Below, in pieces: positions 62,301-64,000 of a stretch of DNA of 64,000 nt. Made by a program: the position numbers and the translations under genes. The number at the start of each line of letters is the position of its first letter. Position 1 is the stretch's first letter. This DNA comes from Parcubacteria group bacterium Gr01-1014_8 (GTDB lineage: Bacteria; Patescibacteriota; Minisyncoccia; Phycocordibacterales; UBA2100): assembly GCA_007376385.1 (NCBI GenBank), contig VMGC01000004.1:1-64000 (forward strand). The letters are read 5' to 3'. Under the pieces are notes generated by a model that was not told where the DNA came from, did not search any database, and saw only the letters and a list, made by a program, of their open reading frames with translations.

Positions 62301-63353
62301 TTATTCAAGAGTTTTTATTGCGTTTGATTTCGCAGCCCACATCGCGAGATCCCATAAAACTCTCATTCCAACATTTTGATTCCACTCCGAATCTTCTGAC
62401 GGGCTTACTTCGTTGACATCAAAGCCGATAATGGTCTTCCCAGATCCGGCAACGGCTCGTATTAAATACGTGGCTTCTTGGAATTGAAGACCTCCCGGAA
62501 CAGGAGTGCCTGTGTGCGGGCAAAGCGCCGGATCGAGTCCATCTATATCGAGACTGATGTACACTTTTTCGGGCAATTTGCTCGCGATGTCGCTGACGAT
62601 ATTCACCCAGGTGTCGCCGCTGAATTGACGCTCCTTTATGTCCGCGTCGAAAAAAGTCACTATTCTGCCGTTCGAATTCTTTATGATCTCATTTTCGCCG
62701 ATGGAATAATCTCGGACGCCAACCTGTACTAATTTTTTGACTTGCGGCATTTTGAGCGCATTTGTCATTATTGACGCATGAGAATACGTGAATCCTTCGT
62801 ATGAATCTCGTAGGTCGCAATGAGCATCAATTTGGAGAATGCCGAAATCTCCGTGTTTTTTTGCAAGGGCACGCATAAGACCGAGCGGCGTAGAATGGTC
62901 GCCTCCGACGAGTCCCACGAGTTTTCCCCTCGCAAGCAATTCCGATGCCGTTTTCTCGATCCGCGCCATAAACAGCTCGCACCCCTCATTTATGACCGAC
63001 ATCGTATGTCCGTCATTTTTATCGATATCATGTTCGAGGTTTTCGATATGAGCCCTGGCTTTTTCGCGCAGCAAGAGGTTTTCCTTGTACGCGTCACCCC
63101 ACTCCTCGAGAGGGAGCATCGAGATGCCAAGTTTCCACGAATCGTTTCCGTAGCTTTCGTGAAAATAATCAATCTGGGGCGAGGCTTCGTATATTGCCTT
63201 CGGTCCATTATGCGTTCCGCCGCCGTACGAGACCGTGACGCCCCATGGGGCGGGGATAAGCACTACCTGCGAGTCGTCGGGCGAGAATGGGAGACCGAAG
63301 ATGCCTAAATCTTCTCGTCCGACTCCATTTGGATCGAAGTTCTCCCGTTTCAT
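62301..63353 (-). CDS. arginase-family ureohydrolase (agmatinase/formimidoylglutamase-like)
   Basis: Mn-binding motifs GGDHS, DAHCDL, SLDIDGLDP in canonical order. The internal Met at 63353 (MKRENFDP...) is preferred over the ORF start. Confidence 0.8.
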   Translation of the reverse strand: MKRENFDPNGVGREDLGIFGLPFSPDDSQVVLIPAPWGVTVSYGGGTHNGPKAIYEASPQIDYFHESYGNDSWKLGISMLPLEEWGDAYKENLLLREKARAHIENLEHDIDKNDGHTMSVINEGCELFMARIEKTASELLARGKLVGLVGGDHSTPLGLMRALAKKHGDFGILQIDAHCDLRDSYEGFTYSHASIMTNALKMPQVKKLVQVGVRDYSIGENEIIKNSNGRIVTFFDADIKERQFSGDTWVNIVSDIASKLPEKVYISLDIDGLDPALCPHTGTPVPGGLQFQEATYLIRAVAGSGKTIIGFDVNEVSPSEDSEWNQNVGMRVLWDLAMWAAKSNAIKTLE

Positions 63354-63784
63354 ATTCGCAGAATTATGTGCAGTGTAGCAGAATTTATAGAAGCACACAC
63401 TAGATTGCGGCATCAAAATCAACGCTATAATGGCAATCATGGTTGAACTAGAGCCGGAGCCAAGAGACCGAAGCAGCCTTTCTTGCTGGAAGGAAGAGTG
63501 CGGATAGTACCGATGCGATTGCTGATCAAGCGAGGATGATAACTTTCTTGAAAGGCCGAGCGGAACTTGATCAGAATGTCATTAACCGCCAAAAAGATAA
63601 AATTCAGAGATTGGAAGATAAGCAAATTGACCTTGAGCTAAAAATTAGAGAACTTGAGAGAAAAAATATTGATTAAGGGGTTGTCATTCGAAAATTAGAC
63701 GAAAAATTACGCCAGCTGCAACAATTCCCCCCGACGGCAAATCCTGAGAAATCGATATAATGTGGCGCGTTGCAAAGGGAATTT

Positions 63785-63997
63785 TTACCCCATTCTCGCC
63801 CTAAAGTCTTGGTAAGAGAATTCGCGTATGGGGATCGCCTGGCCGTCTTTCCATAAAACAATACTTGGGTGCTGGACACCATTGAACATGGTGCACTGAA
63901 CGAGGTTGTATTGAATTCCGTCTTCAATGACTATTTTATCGCCTGCCTTTAGAGGTTTTTTAAAGACGTGGTTAAAGGAAAGTCTGTCGCCCGTCAA
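63785..63997 (-). CDS. hypothetical protein; may be N-terminally truncated by the window edge
   Basis: ORF reaching within 3 nt of the window end; no motif recognized. Confidence 0.2.
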   Translation of the reverse strand: MTGDRLSFNHVFKKPLKAGDKIVIEDGIQYNLVQCTMFNGVQHPSIVLWKDGQAIPIREFSYQDFRARMG

Positions 63998-64000
63998 ACA

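Overview
A 64-kb bacterial chromosomal segment, 50 % GC by eye, with about 75 supportable features, called by motif recognition only (no searches were run). Several genes have reduced architectures, and the lineage may be Patescibacteria/CPR-like, but this is not established.

Housekeeping blocks:
- an F1Fo ATP synthase operon (atpB, atpE, atpF, atpH, atpA, atpG, atpD, atpC, 40.8-48.1 kb) interrupted by two unrelated genes
- a dcw-cluster fragment (mraZ, rsmH, ftsL-like, ftsI, a short murF, 23.2-28.5 kb)
- guaA
- ahcY with a PfkB kinase
- ychF
- an arginase-family hydrolase
- a split LigD (ligase and polymerase as separate genes)
- an RND pump with its periplasmic adaptor

Accessory regions of most interest:
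1. A minus-strand surface-fibre-like locus (7.3-14.7 kb). It has four paralogous secreted proteins with the SipW-cognate (TasA/camelysin-type) N-terminal signal region, then an archaeal-type SipW signal peptidase, then a lamin-tail-domain (LTD) protein with a long acidic Pro-rich tail. Strong intercistronic hairpins separate the paralogs, and two tandem palindromic boxes sit upstream.
2. A 2.8-kb putative mobile or invertible element (31.9-34.7 kb). It has about 100-bp imperfect inverted repeats, a large serine recombinase, a DsrE-like protein and a Met/His-rich SHOCT protein. It abuts a minus-strand tRNA-Glu(CUC), with a degenerate tRNA-derived fragment nearby.
3. A repeated structured element of about 120 nt, present twice (14.83 kb and 40.61 kb, the latter just upstream of atpB). 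Its hairpins show a compensatory change between the copies.
4. A PaaX-like regulator flanked by two related palindromes, one a perfect 17+2+17 bp palindrome, divergent from two tandem hypothetical genes (16.1-18.2 kb).
5. A long hairpin of about 165 nt at 5.05-5.21 kb.
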